This document shows positions 20,203 through 31,827 of a stretch of 64,000 nt of DNA, piece by piece. The position numbers and the translations under genes were made by a program. Source of the stretch: Podarcis vaucheri (Eukaryota). The stretch lies in NCBI GenBank assembly GCA_965113315.1, contig OZ220368.1; one strand, given 5' to 3'. Below the pieces are notes generated by a model, which had not been told where the DNA came from, ran no database searches, and saw nothing but the letters and a program-made list of their open reading frames with translations. Numbering within the stretch: the stretch's first letter is position 1; each line of letters starts with the position of its first letter.

Positions 20203-23200
20203 CACGCTTGTGTGGGTGGGTGGGGGAAAACTTTTGCCTTCCTTTCCTCACGTTATAGCCCTCTCCTGCATTCTTAGCCTTCTGTGTTTTTCCTTCCTCC
20301 CCACTTAAAATGTGGTTACAAAGCATGGATCCACATGGATCCTCAGGATCTTTGCATTGGGTCACCCCAAATTCACCATCAGAGCACATAGCATGTCCAT
20401 GGCTACAGCCTGTCCCCCCCAAAAAAAAAATCACGCACCCACTGTTGCCTGGGGCTGCAATGGTGCAAAAACGTGGTTAAAAAGTATGGGTCCACATGGA
20501 TCCTCAGGATCTTTGCATTGGGTCACCCCAAATTCACCATCAGATCACATGTCTGTGGCCACAGCATGAAGCACAAAAATGATACGTCCACTGTTTCATT
20601 CAGAATATTTTTTCCCTTGTTTTCCTCCTCTAAAAACGATGTGCGTGTTATGGTCAGGTGCGTGTTATAGAGCGAAAAATACGGTAAGTAACAAATGCAG
20701 AATTTCAGGTTGTGACTGAGAGATAGTAGAAAGGTTTGAAGGGTGTGAAGGGATTCTCCGATAGGGCAACATGGTACAAACAACTCCAGCATGAGGAGTT
20801 TGAGAGCTTATCCCTTACTAGCCAGCCTGTTCTAATCCGTGCCTTCACTGAGCTATTCATTGGTTACACAGGGCTAAGGCAGGGAGCAAATCCTCAGGCT
20901 AGGGTTCCAGCAGGTGCTGATCCCAGTGCTCACTCGGATGAATGCTCACTTTGAACTTGGAGGTGAGACATAATCCCAGCCTCAGGCTATGGACTGGACA
21001 CACCATAAAAAACAAATGCACTAGCAGGACTGGCATTCTTGATAGAGGCGCTCAGCAATGTGATTCCTGCATGATGTAAGGGAGCTATGTGGGAATGACA
21101 AAGGCTATATGATTGAGACCCAAAGAATGGGAATGTAAGGCTAGAATTAATTCTACAGATAAAAAAGACTAGAGAGACACACAAACTGACAAGCTACACT
21201 TGAATGGGGAGCGCAAGTTACAGATGGAGGTGTACGTTGCAAACATGTGTTTGGTACAGGTTATTTTTGCTGGACATTGGCCATCTGAGTGGCAATCATG
21301 TTGAAGCTATACTGGAACTGCCAATTAAATTGCATTGGAGCTGATATTTCCTAATAAGCATTTCTGGAACAGTCACCCTTAAAAGGCAAAGGGAGAAAGA
21401 ATACTGTGTCACTAGTGTAAATATATAGTTTAGTCGCTAGGTGGCACTGGACTTATTTATATCTGAGTGGAATCAGAGATTTCCCCCATCCTGTTCTTGT
21501 TAAGAGAGACAATCAAGTTATTGTCTAGCCTCCTAACTGATTTGTCCCATGAAACTCTAAGCCTCTCGTAACAAATAGTTATGGCTTCCTCAATCTAGAC
21601 TGCTTTGGCCAAAAGATGATGTAAAACTCACCCATTCCGCACACATAAATACCACCAGGCACATCAGTTGGAAACTAATGGGCTCATTCTTATATCAAAT
21701 AGGCTTCAGGTCTTAATATAGTCTGCTTGCTTTTCTTCTATCCCTACTACCTGCTCCCCCTTAACTCAGCCCTTAATTCTCTCAAGTCCCTTCTCTTCCA
21801 ATCTCCAGTACCTGCCCTCCTGCGATGCCTTCTGCTGTAGGCCAATTAGAAGAAGGCGGATCTCCTCCCTCACCAGCTCCTTGAGGTTGGGGGGAGCTGC
21901 CAGCAAGGCCCAGCTGTCATCCGCTTGCAGTGGGCTTTGCTCCACTCCAAGGCGGCCTGACTGCAACTCCTGATGGAATTCCAACAGTGTCCACACCTGT
22001 AAATAGGGAAGGGGTTGGACTGCATTAGGGACAGTGCATTGCCACATGCAGAAATTCACACATGTGCACATTGGCACAAACTGCAGTAACTTTCTCAAAG
22101 TAATCTTTCCCCCACCCTCCACCTCCCCAAATGATGAAGCACTGACACAACCTAAAAATACAAGTTGCACTCCCATTCCCAGTATTGCTGGGAAATCAAG
22201 CCAGGTGCCTGCCTGCAAGAAAAGAAAATCAATACCTAGCCATGGTTTAGTTACTCACCTGATGGTAGACAATTACATTTCCTAAAGGCCACAGTCAGGG
22301 AACTGACAACTTTTCAGAAGTATGTCATGCATCAAGGAAATAAAAGATGCTTCAAATGTGATAAATGTGTGTGAGAGCACACTGAATTCAGTAAAACGTT
22401 GCATCCGCCGTAAGACTTGGAACAGACTATGAGGCTATTAGTTTATGTGAAGAGTATTTTAGGATTAAGAGTGAAGTTTTTAGGTTTTAAAAAAACAACT
22501 CTTTTGCAGAAAGTGGGCAAAGTTGCCTGCAGAAGATAAGAACACCAGCCAGGACACTGTCATTCCAATGTAGCTGGCAAGAGGGCACTGCATTGTTGCC
22601 GTCTGTACACTCCATAAAAGGTGCAAAGCTGCAGACAGCCCACCCACAATCATTCTCTCCCTCCCCCCATGAGGAAAGTCAAGGTCATGCCGCAAAAATA
22701 TCTGCAGGATATTTGTAAGGCAAGCGAGCGCCAGAACTCCCTTTCTGGCCCCACACATCCACAAGAGGAACGTTATGGTACAGCTGCTTCCCTGGGCGGC
22801 CTCTCAGATATCCAATTGGGGAGGGGAGCAGAGACACAGCAGGGACAGGCAGTACCTGGGCCACATTTATCAGGCTTGTGATGAAGGTGTAATAGACAGC
22901 CAGGTGAGAGAACCCATAAAGGCTGGGGAGGGGGTCACTGGCCACAATGGGGGGGGCTGGATCTCAAGCAAAGCTCTAACATGAAGAAGTGATAGAGAAA
23001 GGTGCCATCTTGTCAGGGTGTGCTGTGCTTGCTCTTCTGGTTTCAGGAGGAGGTAAGGCAATTACCATGTGAAAAGCCTCTGGGATGTTTACTGTTCTTC
23101 TCAGCTGCAGTCAGGACCATGCTGAATAAAGAAAGGGCATGAATGCTGGAGGAGAACAAAGGGCCTGGAATAGCATGGATTAGGGGCTCTGGCCAAGCAT

Positions 23201-23892
23201 TAGGAACCAGCTGAGCTGGGAGCTGGCAAATGGGGACCTTGTCAAACAGGGAGGGGGTGGTTGCAATATTTTATCCCCTCCTTGACTTGCCTTCTCAGAT
23301 ATGCTTTCCTTTCACTGAAATTAAACAGCACTCAAAGCAGATGTAAGTGGCAAACCAGAGGTTTTTTCCATACACACATGAATGCTACTCTATATGAAAA
23401 TGCATGTATGCCAAAACTAGTGGCCAGTGCTCAGTGGAAGGGGGCTTAATACAATTTATAAGCCCTCCCTTAGTGCCGCTCAATTTTAGCACTCAGTCCA
23501 CTCCACTCCACTCAATCTATAGACATGAAAGGCAGGCCCTTTCATCAGTCAAATCCCCTTACAAATTTAGTGCTGCCTCTTTAGCTGATGAGACCTAGAT
23601 TTTATGCTTTATTCAGATATCGTTTTGTCACCAGCCACTTCTAAATTGTGTAGTAAGAGGGGTGATTGGTTTGTTTGTTTGTTCTGCTCTTTTGTGAATC
23701 ATTTTGAATAGGAGATCCAGTATTTCGGTACTTAACCTCAGCATGAAGTTCCAAGCTCCGTTCCACAAGGCCATGACCCAAGATAGCTTTTGCCTCAAGC
23801 CTCTCACTGGGTGCTAATTGTTCCTCTACCATTGTCCAGAGTGATGGTATGGACTGCAAGGATTCCCCAGATGCACCAGGCAAGGGCAACAT
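13435..23892 (-). CDS. CCDC24: Coiled-coil domain-containing protein 24, ~383 aa
   Basis: Coding exons in transcript order: 23892-23737 (ATG; exon acceptor at 23922), 21996-21812, 18937-18830, 17022-16936, 15967-15913, 14593-14524, 14314-14194, 13804-13435 (TAG). 1152 nt, all GT-AG, phases consistent. Motifs [101 protein letters not shown] match mammalian CCDC24 as I recall it; synteny supports the call. Confidence 0.9.
14905..15045 (+). mobile_element. CR1-like LINE 3' fragment
   Basis: ttaagcagaggctaaatggccacttctcagggatgctctag...ggctggagtagat resembles degenerate CR1 3' ends. Confidence 0.45.
17290..18260 (+). mobile_element. Degraded, internally deleted L1/Tx1-clade LINE ORF2 fragment in a CCDC24 intron (antisense to host)
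   Basis: Frameshifted motifs IKITDHAPV (endonuclease C-terminal SDH-type), [43 protein letters not shown], then [22 protein letters not shown] (C-terminal Cys-rich region); A-rich sense strand. Confidence 0.8.
19563..20684. mobile_element. Tc1/mariner-superfamily non-autonomous DNA transposon
   Basis: Perfect 26-bp TIR CCGTATTTTTCGCTCTATAACACGCA; TA TSD at 19561-19562 and 20685-20686; internal ~90-bp direct repeat (~20311-20409 / ~20472-20565) and (GA)n. Confidence 0.9.
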
Positions 23893-24266
23893 GGGTGCTG
23901 TATCCGATTCCACGATAATGGGCTTTAAAGGAAAAAAAGATTGTGCCAATGAGACAGTGAGTAGAAGCTCCACATCACAACTATTCGGTGCCACATGCAA
24001 TGGTGCACCTAGGTAATTTTAGACACTGAACTTAATTGTTTTACACATGGGCTGCTGCCCTCCCAAGATTCACAAATATTATTGAAAAGCATTGAAAGTA
24101 TTCAATTATCTGAGGTTCTGCCCCCCCCCAACAGAAACCTGGCCCTCCGCAATGTCCTATTTATGAGGTATTTTTACCCATGATTCCCCAAGAAAAGCTC
24201 AATAACTTTGTCCCTCCCCAACTAAAATCCTGGCCACATCCATGGTTTTACACCCCTCTCCCATTA

Positions 24267-24640
24267 GGGACGTGGGTGGCGCTGTGGGTTAAACCACAGA
24301 GCCTAGGACTTGCCGATCACACAGAGCCTAGGACTTGCCGATCAGAAGGTCAGCGGTTTGAATCCCCGCAAAAGGGTGAGCTCCCATTGCTTGGTCCCTG
24401 CTCCTGCCAACCTAGCAGTTCGAAAGCACGTCAAAGTGCAAGTAGATGAATAGGTACCGCTCCGGCGGGAAGGTAAATGCCGCTTCTGTGCGCTGCTCTG
24501 GTTCGCCAGAAGCGGCTTAGTCATGCTGGCCACATGACCAGCTGTACGTCGGCTCCCTCGGCCAATAAAGCGAGATGAGCGCCGCAACCCCAGAGTTGGT
24601 CACGACTGGACCTAATGGTCAGGAGTCCCTTTACCATTTA
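24267..24640 (+). mobile_element. Sauria SINE (Squam1-type), full length
   Basis: gggacgtgggtggcgctgtgggttaaacc head, B-box ggtttgaatcc, gcagttcgaaagcacgtcaaagtgcaagtag core, (ACCTTT)-like tail; TSD cccattag 24260-24267 / 24641-24648. Confidence 0.92.
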
Positions 24641-24885
24641 CCCATTAGACAGCCACACATATTACATTTGTCAGTTGTCAGTTGTAAGGTAAGCCATTCC
24701 CATGTTTTATAACTGCTCCTACATTCCTGATACATTAGCACAATAGATAAATGGTTGTGAAATACTCTGAGCATGTACAGTTTCACATTCTAAACTCACT
24801 TAAGTCATAGCACTAGCATTACAGGAATACAATGGAATTTGCTTCTGCTGCCCTGATGTTAAACACATTTATGGGGGGGGGGGAG

Positions 24886-25314
24886 CAGGGGAGCCGACTT
24901 ATAAAAAATATGGGGGGGGCCATACCGGGGTCCTGCCCCGGGAAGTTTTCTAAATTTTAGATGAAAATTAGTGAGTTTTAAAGTATTTCGGCGGAGCCGG
25001 AGCGATTGGAGAGGAGGGGGCTTGTTGCCGGATTCTTCAGCTGGGCCGGAGATCCGCTGCTGGGGGGGTCCCTGGGCCGAGTTGTGAGCACGGCCTGCTG
25101 AAGGGAGATCCAGCCGATTGCGCGACGGGGACGGCCGGGGCTCTCCGGCTAGGGCGTGCGGCTGGCTGGCTAGGGAGCAGGTGGGGAGGAGGCGGGGGAC
25201 AGCGGCGGCGCTCTGCTGGAGGGGCGCCCGAGATTATTGGGGGGGGCAGAGGCCCCCAAATGAATTTTTGAGGGGGCTCGGGCCCCCTTAGGCCCCATGG
25301 AGTTGGCGCCTATG
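24886..25314. mobile_element. GC-rich hAT-like non-autonomous element
   Basis: Imperfect TIRs caggggagccgact / agttggcgcctatg; 8-bp TSD ggggggag 24878-24885 and 25315-25322. Confidence 0.7.
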
Positions 25315-25744
25315 GGGGGGAGCACCAAGGATGAAAGTAAAAGTAAAAAATAGAATTGAGTGCCATGTACATGCCTGGCTAACCACCCTCTGACTAAAAC
25401 TGTTGTAGAAAATAAGGATGCTGCTGTGACTACCATCAGCGCCAATAGACCACAACATGCCCATGCCAGCCCAGGTGCTGCCACAGGTCGTTTGTTCCTG
25501 ACTCCATCACCTGACACTCTCTAGATGGCCATTTGAGGGGGCCCAATTTTGTGGTGCTCTGTACTTTCCCCCTGAGTTGCACTACTGTCTACAAATCCTG
25601 TTACTTGCACTCACCTTTCTACCACGTGGGTCACCAGACAATAAGAGCATATAATTTTTCTTGCTCCCCATATACCAAACTCATCCCCTCACATTAACCT
25701 CAAGAGTCACATTAATTCTCGTTAATCGTAACCATTATTAATCA

Positions 25745-25860
25745 TTATTATTATTTATTTGTACCCCGCCCATCAGGCTGGGTTTCCCCAGCCACTCTGG
25801 ACGGCTTCCAACAAAGATTAAAAATACATTAAAATGTCACACATTAAAAACTTCCCTGAA
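25745..25860 (-). mobile_element. LINE (L2/CR1-like) 3' end fragment
   Basis: (TTA)n tail next to taccccgcccatcaggctgggtttccccagccactctgg; a shorter related copy at ~31015-31060. Confidence 0.55.
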
Positions 25861-25959
25861 GTTTGTATTCTGAATGTCAGGTAGTTGTTTATAGCCCCAA
25901 ATGTAACCTATTGCCCATTATCCCTCCCCATAGTTGCTCCCCAGTGCTTAACTCACCTA

Positions 25960-27240
25960 CGTCCCGGCCCACCGAGCCCACTTCCGCCCCAGACCTTTAA
26001 CTCTCCCCACACTTCCTCACTCCCTACGGACTCACGGACATAACTCTGCGGTAGCCCTCACCTGCGACACCGGGCGGAGGGGCGGAGGGGCGGAGGGCCA
26101 GGCGTCTTGCCCTATCCGAGCCCCCTCCACCCTTTAACTCTCTGGAATATAAACTCGCCGTCTCCATGGTAACGCCCCGCCGCGTTCCTCTGAAACCTCG
26201 CCTCTTAAAGGAGCCGTGCCCACGAGGCAGACAGGATGTCGGTCGAGCGTGGAGACGGGCGTCCCGGGGGAAGGAAGCGTGCGCGTTGAAGCTCTTGGCG
26301 CGCCCGCGCTTGCACCCAAGCAATCGGAGGTAAAGAGAAGCCACACGTCGGCCAGTTTTCATCCAGGAGGGGTCCCACTGGCTTTACGCTTTGGCAACAG
26401 TACAGTATTGAGAAACTTCTTTCTTTGCCTCTTAATGTTCCTAGGATTAAGATGGGGGGGGGGAGGGAGAGATCCAGCGCCGCGCGTGTTTTGGAGGCCG
26501 CGGAGACTGGGAACTGGGGAGACGCAACTTTCGCTGCCCGGATGAGTGTTCGAGGGGTCTGGAGAGGGAGCACAGTGGACTTGTCTTAGCAGGCTTTTCC
26601 TGAGGTGCAGATAGGGGGCCAGCTCCCTCCCACCGCCCCGGTCCCGCCCGCTCCGTTGGGGAGGGGGTGCTGTGCCCCTGGGCGGGCTCGGGTTGCAAGA
26701 AGGGGCGGGCCGGGCCGGGCGGCGGCTGCACAAAGGCCGAGAGGCACGCCAGGGCGGTTCTTAGCCGCAGCTTCAGCAGGCAACCTCCCGGCGGGACCCC
26801 GCGGGCGGCGTTGGGGCGGACTGGATGCCCACTTTCCCCGCCAGCTCTCCTCCGCTTCGTTTCCCTACTGCTGCTGCTGCTCTGCTCCTCCCTCTCGCCA
26901 ACTCCCATGCCCGGCATCTGTCCCTCGAGTTCAGCGATGCCCTTTCCGTTGGCACAGCTGAGCTTAGCGCTGCTGCTGCTGATTCTGGTGCCCATCCCAG
27001 GACTGGCAGGGCCAGTGACCACGTGCGATGCCAACGGGAGCCTGTACTACGTTGGGGAGTGGTATTTCCTGGACAGTGACCACTGCACCCAGTGCGAGTG
27101 CACAGCGGAGGGGCCTGCCTGCGCCCGCACGGACTGCACCGCTCTGCCACCTGCCTGCATTCACGTCAGCCACTACCCCAGTGACTGCTGCCCACGCTGT
27201 GAAAGGGTTGGCTGTGAGCACCGTGGACAAGTGTATGAGC
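25960..27240. promoter_or_regulatory. CpG island / bidirectional promoter for CCDC24 (-) and the VWC2-family gene (+)
   Basis: High GC and CpG density; tandem GC boxes gggcggagg at ~26072-26097; candidate CCDC24 non-coding exon-1 donor CAG|gtgagg at 26062/26061 on the minus strand; VWC gene ATG at 26907/26937. Confidence 0.8.
26160..26173. promoter_or_regulatory. RFX X-box motif
   Basis: GTCTCCATGGTAAC (reverse complement GTTACCATGGAGAC) fits the near-palindromic X-box consensus GTNRCC-AT-RGYAAC. Confidence 0.7.
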
Positions 27241-30200
27241 TGGGGCAGCATTTCCAGGTAAGGCATTTACGGGAGAATTAGGCAAAGTGGGGATGACATG
27301 AGAAGGAATCTAGAGCGAGGTGGGCAGGGATGGATAGGTGATGGATGGGCAAAGTGAGGATATTCTAAAGCAGGAGAAAAAGCGAATGCTCTTGAAAAAG
27401 GCACTGTCTAAGAATCGCAAGCGGTCACTTCTGTTTCTTAAATCTTGTTCTGAAAGGGAGGCCTAGGCAGGAGAGTAAGAGACTGGAAGCAGGAATGGCT
27501 ATCTCTTTATGGTTTGTTCATTACTGGCTGAAGCAAAAGAAAATACAAACAAAACTTTTCTAAAGTGGGTGAGAAGCACCAAATCAAAAGTGCTCTATGA
27601 AGCTGGAGGTGCTCTTAAGATGGTCCCATAAAACCAAAGTTTTTTGATAATTCAGAAGGCAATTTTATTGGCTGTAGTACCTAGCTGAGCATCCTTTGAC
27701 TAACTGAATTACATTTTCATCCATTTCTTAGGCCTGACATTGACCAGTTCAGCACCTTGCTTCTGGCTATTGTCTGTTGCTGCCAAAAATGTGTGTAGTT
27801 TATTTTAGGACTTGAGTCAGACCAAACAATCTCTAGCATGGCTGACTTGGACAATTGTGGGTGGATGGGGAAAGGAGTATTTTTGGCACTAAGCCTGCAC
27901 TAGCCGAAGGGAGTCAAATTCTAGCCCTGAGGCTGCAGGTGGAAGATCAAAGACCTCCATTCCTGGGCTCCATGCCTCTTTGGATAGCATGAATTGAGTG
28001 TTTGCAAAAAATAAGTGTATTGATGAAGAAAGGACCAGTTGCTACATATAGTCAAAGAATGGGCAGTGGGGTTCTTCCTAGGTGAATTGTCCGTTACCTA
28101 AACATCAAATTATTGTGTGATGACTTATCTCTTGGCCTGTCCCATTTACCCAAACACAAAATTCTGTTGAAAGGTACACAGAAAGTACCGTACTTTTCGC
28201 ACCATAGGACGCACCTTGTTTTAGAGGGGGGAGAACAAGAAAAAAAAATCTCCCCCTCTCTGCCCAGCGCCCCTTCAGCGAAGCGGCAGGAGGCGCTGCG
28301 CAGCGAGGGGGAGAATTTCCCCCCTCTTGTTTCCCCCCTCTAAAACAAGGTGCCGTTTAAGTTGCGTTCAGTCGCCTTAAGGCAGCTACCTTGGAAGCCT
28401 GGAGAGCGAGAGGGGTCGGTGCCCACTGACCCCTCTCGCTCTCCAGGCTTCAGGTTCCTTTCGACCTGCTCTTTGGGGCTGGCGGGGGGAAGCCCACCAC
28501 CAGCCCCAAAGAGCAGGTTGGGGAGCAGCGGAAAGCTTCTATGGCTTCTTTAGCCCAGCATGCGCTCTCCCAGCTGGAGAGGTGGCGCTCGACTAAAGAG
28601 GCTCCTGCCATAGCAGCGCGTCGTCTCTCCAGCCGGGAGAGGGTCACGGGGGGCTTCTTTAGCCCCGCGCGTGCTCTCCCGGCTGGAGAGGTGGCACGCG
28701 GCTAAAGAGGCTCCTACCAGCCAGGAGAGGGTCGCGGGGCTATGGCGTCTTCGCTCCATAGTACGCACACACATTTCCCCTTCATATTTGAAGGGGGGAA
28801 AGTGCGTCCTATAGAGCGAAAAATACGGTAAATGCTTTCTGCAAAGCCATATTGAGCCATATTTTCCCCCCAAATAATAACTTTATTATGTCCAACCAAA
28901 ATATCATAAAATAGCAAGCAAGCTTTTGATTATCCAGAACCATTCAGCTGGGGCCTAGCTTGCCCTAAAATACTTTGCTCAGCCAAAGCTTCTCAGTTCT
29001 TTACTAGGGATGGCCAGATTTTGCTCTAGGTCCATAACATCTGGGTTGTAGATACAGTAATATAGGGCTGCTTCCCAACACTTCCTGGAACTAGGTTATC
29101 TTGCATTTGCTTACAAGCAAGACAAGTGCTATAGATCTAGAGAGAGAAAAGTTCTGTAATTAGGAAGGGTAAACACTTTCCTTTGTACTGTAGGTTTGTA
29201 GTACGAACAAGATATCAACTTGCCAGTGAAGTTGTGCAATCTCCTTCCCTGGAGTTATAAAGATGATCATGGACAATTATATCATTAAGATATGATTTTT
29301 GGTGTTAAATGTTGATGTCATCTTCCAGTTTTGTTATTTTAAAGTATTGTGTCGAGTGATCTAGAGCAAGTGACCAATGTTTTTATCTGCAACCACTTGA
29401 GCTTCAGTGGAGACCAGTCTTTATCATCACCCACCCTGAAGGTGTGAAATCAGACAACCAACCTATTAGTTCAGGAGGGAGGGAATTTGACAGAAGGTAG
29501 AATCTTGGAACTTTCCCCTTAGGGCAGAGAACAAAAGCATGTGGCTTGGCTAGAATTAGCCTCATGTTTTGCAAGTGAGAAGGTGAATGAGAGGTGAGGT
29601 GCTGAAAATGACTTCAGTCTCCTTTGCTGGATATTTTAAGGAGGAGCTTGATTGGGTAATGGGTTCCAAAACACATTCATGGGCCTTTTTAGCATATTGG
29701 GATCCCTGATGGTTCTGCGCTACTGGGGACAATCTTTCACTCACTCAGAGTTTTCTCTATTCAACATTTTCTTATGACCAGTCAGTTTCCCCAGTGACCA
29801 GCCGCATGATTATTTGAGAGTAATCTTGAGTTGGCCAGAGCTGACAAGATACACAAAGTCAAGGGAGATTGGGACAGAAGCTTTTTCTCCCTCAATATCT
29901 ATCAATTCTTGGTTGATAGTGCCATCTGATGGTATAATCCCAGTACTGCCATGGCTATGCATTCAGTTTGGAATGCTTCTTCACACATTACAAAAAAAGG
30001 AAGATGATGGGCCTTATATTTCTTTTGTGATCACTCCTTCCCCTGATACTTAAAGCACAGATACAGGTAAGCAAAGATGCAGCCAGGAGCCTAATCCAAT
30101 TAAGTATCTGAGGCATGAGTTTCCCACCTGCTTGCATACGCACATCTCTTTTTGCAAGTTACAGACAAAAGACATGACTAATTCATTCTGGAACTGCAAA

Positions 30201-31353
30201 ATCCAGTCAATTCTGCAACATGGTGGTGTGGGATGGATGGGTAACCTATTTCTCTCAGCCTAATTTTATTAGGAGGAAAAGGGGGAGGGAAACAGGGTAG
30301 CAGAGGAGGTGCCCTACCTACTTTGACTCTGGACCAGCACACCACTGGCATGCAATTCTGAACAGATTCCCAAGGGAATGCAATTCTCAGAAAAGAATAA
30401 GCTTCTGCACCACTGATGCAAAATAGTTCTGGAGCTGCATCATCATCATCATAACCGTGTGCTGTCCACGTAAAGCTGCCTTGCTCTATTGACCAATATT
30501 TGTCTCTCACAGCCCTCAGAGTGTGAGCAGTGTACCTGTGACCTAGATGGCATCGCTCGTTGCCTAGTGGCTGACTGCGCCCCTCCGCCCTGCGTCAATC
30601 CAGTCTACGAGAAGGGCCACTGCTGCCCCACCTGTGAGGATGGTGAGAAAGACACACCTTCACAGCAAGGGACAAATGTTCCACTTCAAGCTGTCCAGAA
30701 GGGGGAGAGAACTTTGTCTCCCTTGCCGTTCAGGGCCCCTGTCCTAATGGAGCAGGGAAGTGAGAGGAATTGAGCCAAGCTGATCAGACACAAGCTTGCT
30801 TAACTGAACAGGAAGCCTCCTACTTAGAAATGATGGGGACACACCTGGTAGCCCCCACCTCATCTTGAAGGATTTGGCAGGTGTTTAGCCCTAGTGTTAG
30901 AAGAGGGGTCCCCCCAAAATGAAAAATGTCCTCCTGGTATAAAAGCAGCCTCTAGCACAGAACCTCTGCATGAGATGAGCTCTCCGTAGAGGATAGGGGT
31001 ACAAGGAGTAATAATTATAATTTTATTATTTATACCCTGCCCATCTGGCTGGGTTGCCCCCACCTACACATGTACTCTTAAACTGCTTGCCATTTCTGCT
31101 TCTAAGAGTCATGATGAGACTTCTGCAAACAATGGTAGACTCTGATGCATGGACATGTCTCTCCACAGGGCCCAACTGCTACGTGGATGGGAGCCAGCGA
31201 CACGTCATTCCTGCTGGGGAGAGCATATGGGTCGGGCCCTGCACCCGTTGCCGCTGTCATGATGGCCAGGATGCCGGTTACTGGGAAGGAAACCGCTTAG
31301 CTAAATGTGAGCGGCTACGGGGATGCCGGGCTACAGGTGCACATCACACCTGA
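26937..31353 (+). CDS. Secreted von Willebrand factor C domain protein of the Brorin (VWC2/VWC2L) family, distinct paralogue; 211 aa (221 aa from the in-frame upstream ATG at 26907)
   Basis: Exons 26937-27257 (CAG|gtaagg), 30513-30642 (G|gtgaga), 31169-31353 (TGA); 636 nt, phases 0/1 consistent. Signal peptide MPFPLAQLSLALLLLILVPIPGLAG; VWC1 and VWC2 each with 10 Cys ending CCPxC; 6-Cys partial third module. PSECEQCTC..CLVADCAPPPCVNPVYE..CCPTCEDGPNC..IPAG closely parallels VWC2L. AATAAA at 31828-31833. Confidence 0.9.
28188..28828. mobile_element. Tc1/mariner-superfamily non-autonomous element related to 19563-20684, opposite orientation, in intron 1 of the VWC gene
   Basis: TIRs ccgtacttttcgcaccataggacgcac / gtgcgtcctatagagcgaaaaatacgg; TA at 28186-28187 and 28829-28830; internal hairpins and tandem repeats. 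Confidence 0.88.
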
Positions 31354-31827
31354 GCTGCTCCAAACACCAAACAATTCCTGGGCCAGCCATTCTTCAGCAC
31401 CTGCAAGGCTTCTGCTTATCCAGACAAGCCCTAGTGTGCCCTTACACCCAGCCCTGGCCCAACTCCTTCAACCATACACATAAGCAATTGCCAGTCGCAG
31501 CCCCCTTTCCAGATCTACCCCCTTTCCCTTGACAATGTCTAGAGTTATTACGCAGGGGAATAGCTCATATGAGAAAGCCCGTTTTATTTAGGATGGGTGG
31601 GCAACCTGTGGCCATTCAGATATAGTTGGACTCCCAGCTCCCATCAGCTGTAGCCAGCATGGCTAATGGTTAGGAATAATTTAGCCACATCTCGAGAGCC
31701 AGAGGTTCCCCATATGATTTAGGGAATCACCCCTCAACCACCACCACATTCCCACTCCAGCTTCAACTTCAACTAAACATAGCATCTTTTGCTACTATTT
31801 AACAGTTTTTCTCTGTGTGTGAGCATC

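Noticed and set aside
20311-20565. Direct repeats resembling a repeat-spacer array
   Set aside because: Only two units, inside a transposon in a vertebrate intron; not CRISPR.
24267-24380. tRNA-like A/B boxes here and at ~37900-37987 and 41310-41400
   Set aside because: These are SINE heads with TSDs and tails, not tRNA genes.
26024-27034. Several long ORFs on both strands, including the 5' extension of the 204-aa ORF
   Set aside because: Stop-poor CpG-island sequence with low-complexity Pro/Arg/Gly/Ala translations; only the part from ATG 26907/26937 looks like real protein.
28394-28451. Hairpin as a miRNA gene
   Set aside because: Near-perfect palindrome with a 2-nt loop inside a DNA transposon; no recognisable miRNA.
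26937-31353. Assigning the symbol VWC2L or VWC2
   Set aside because: N-terminal architecture and genomic neighbourhood differ from the known orthologues; orthology cannot be established without a tree.
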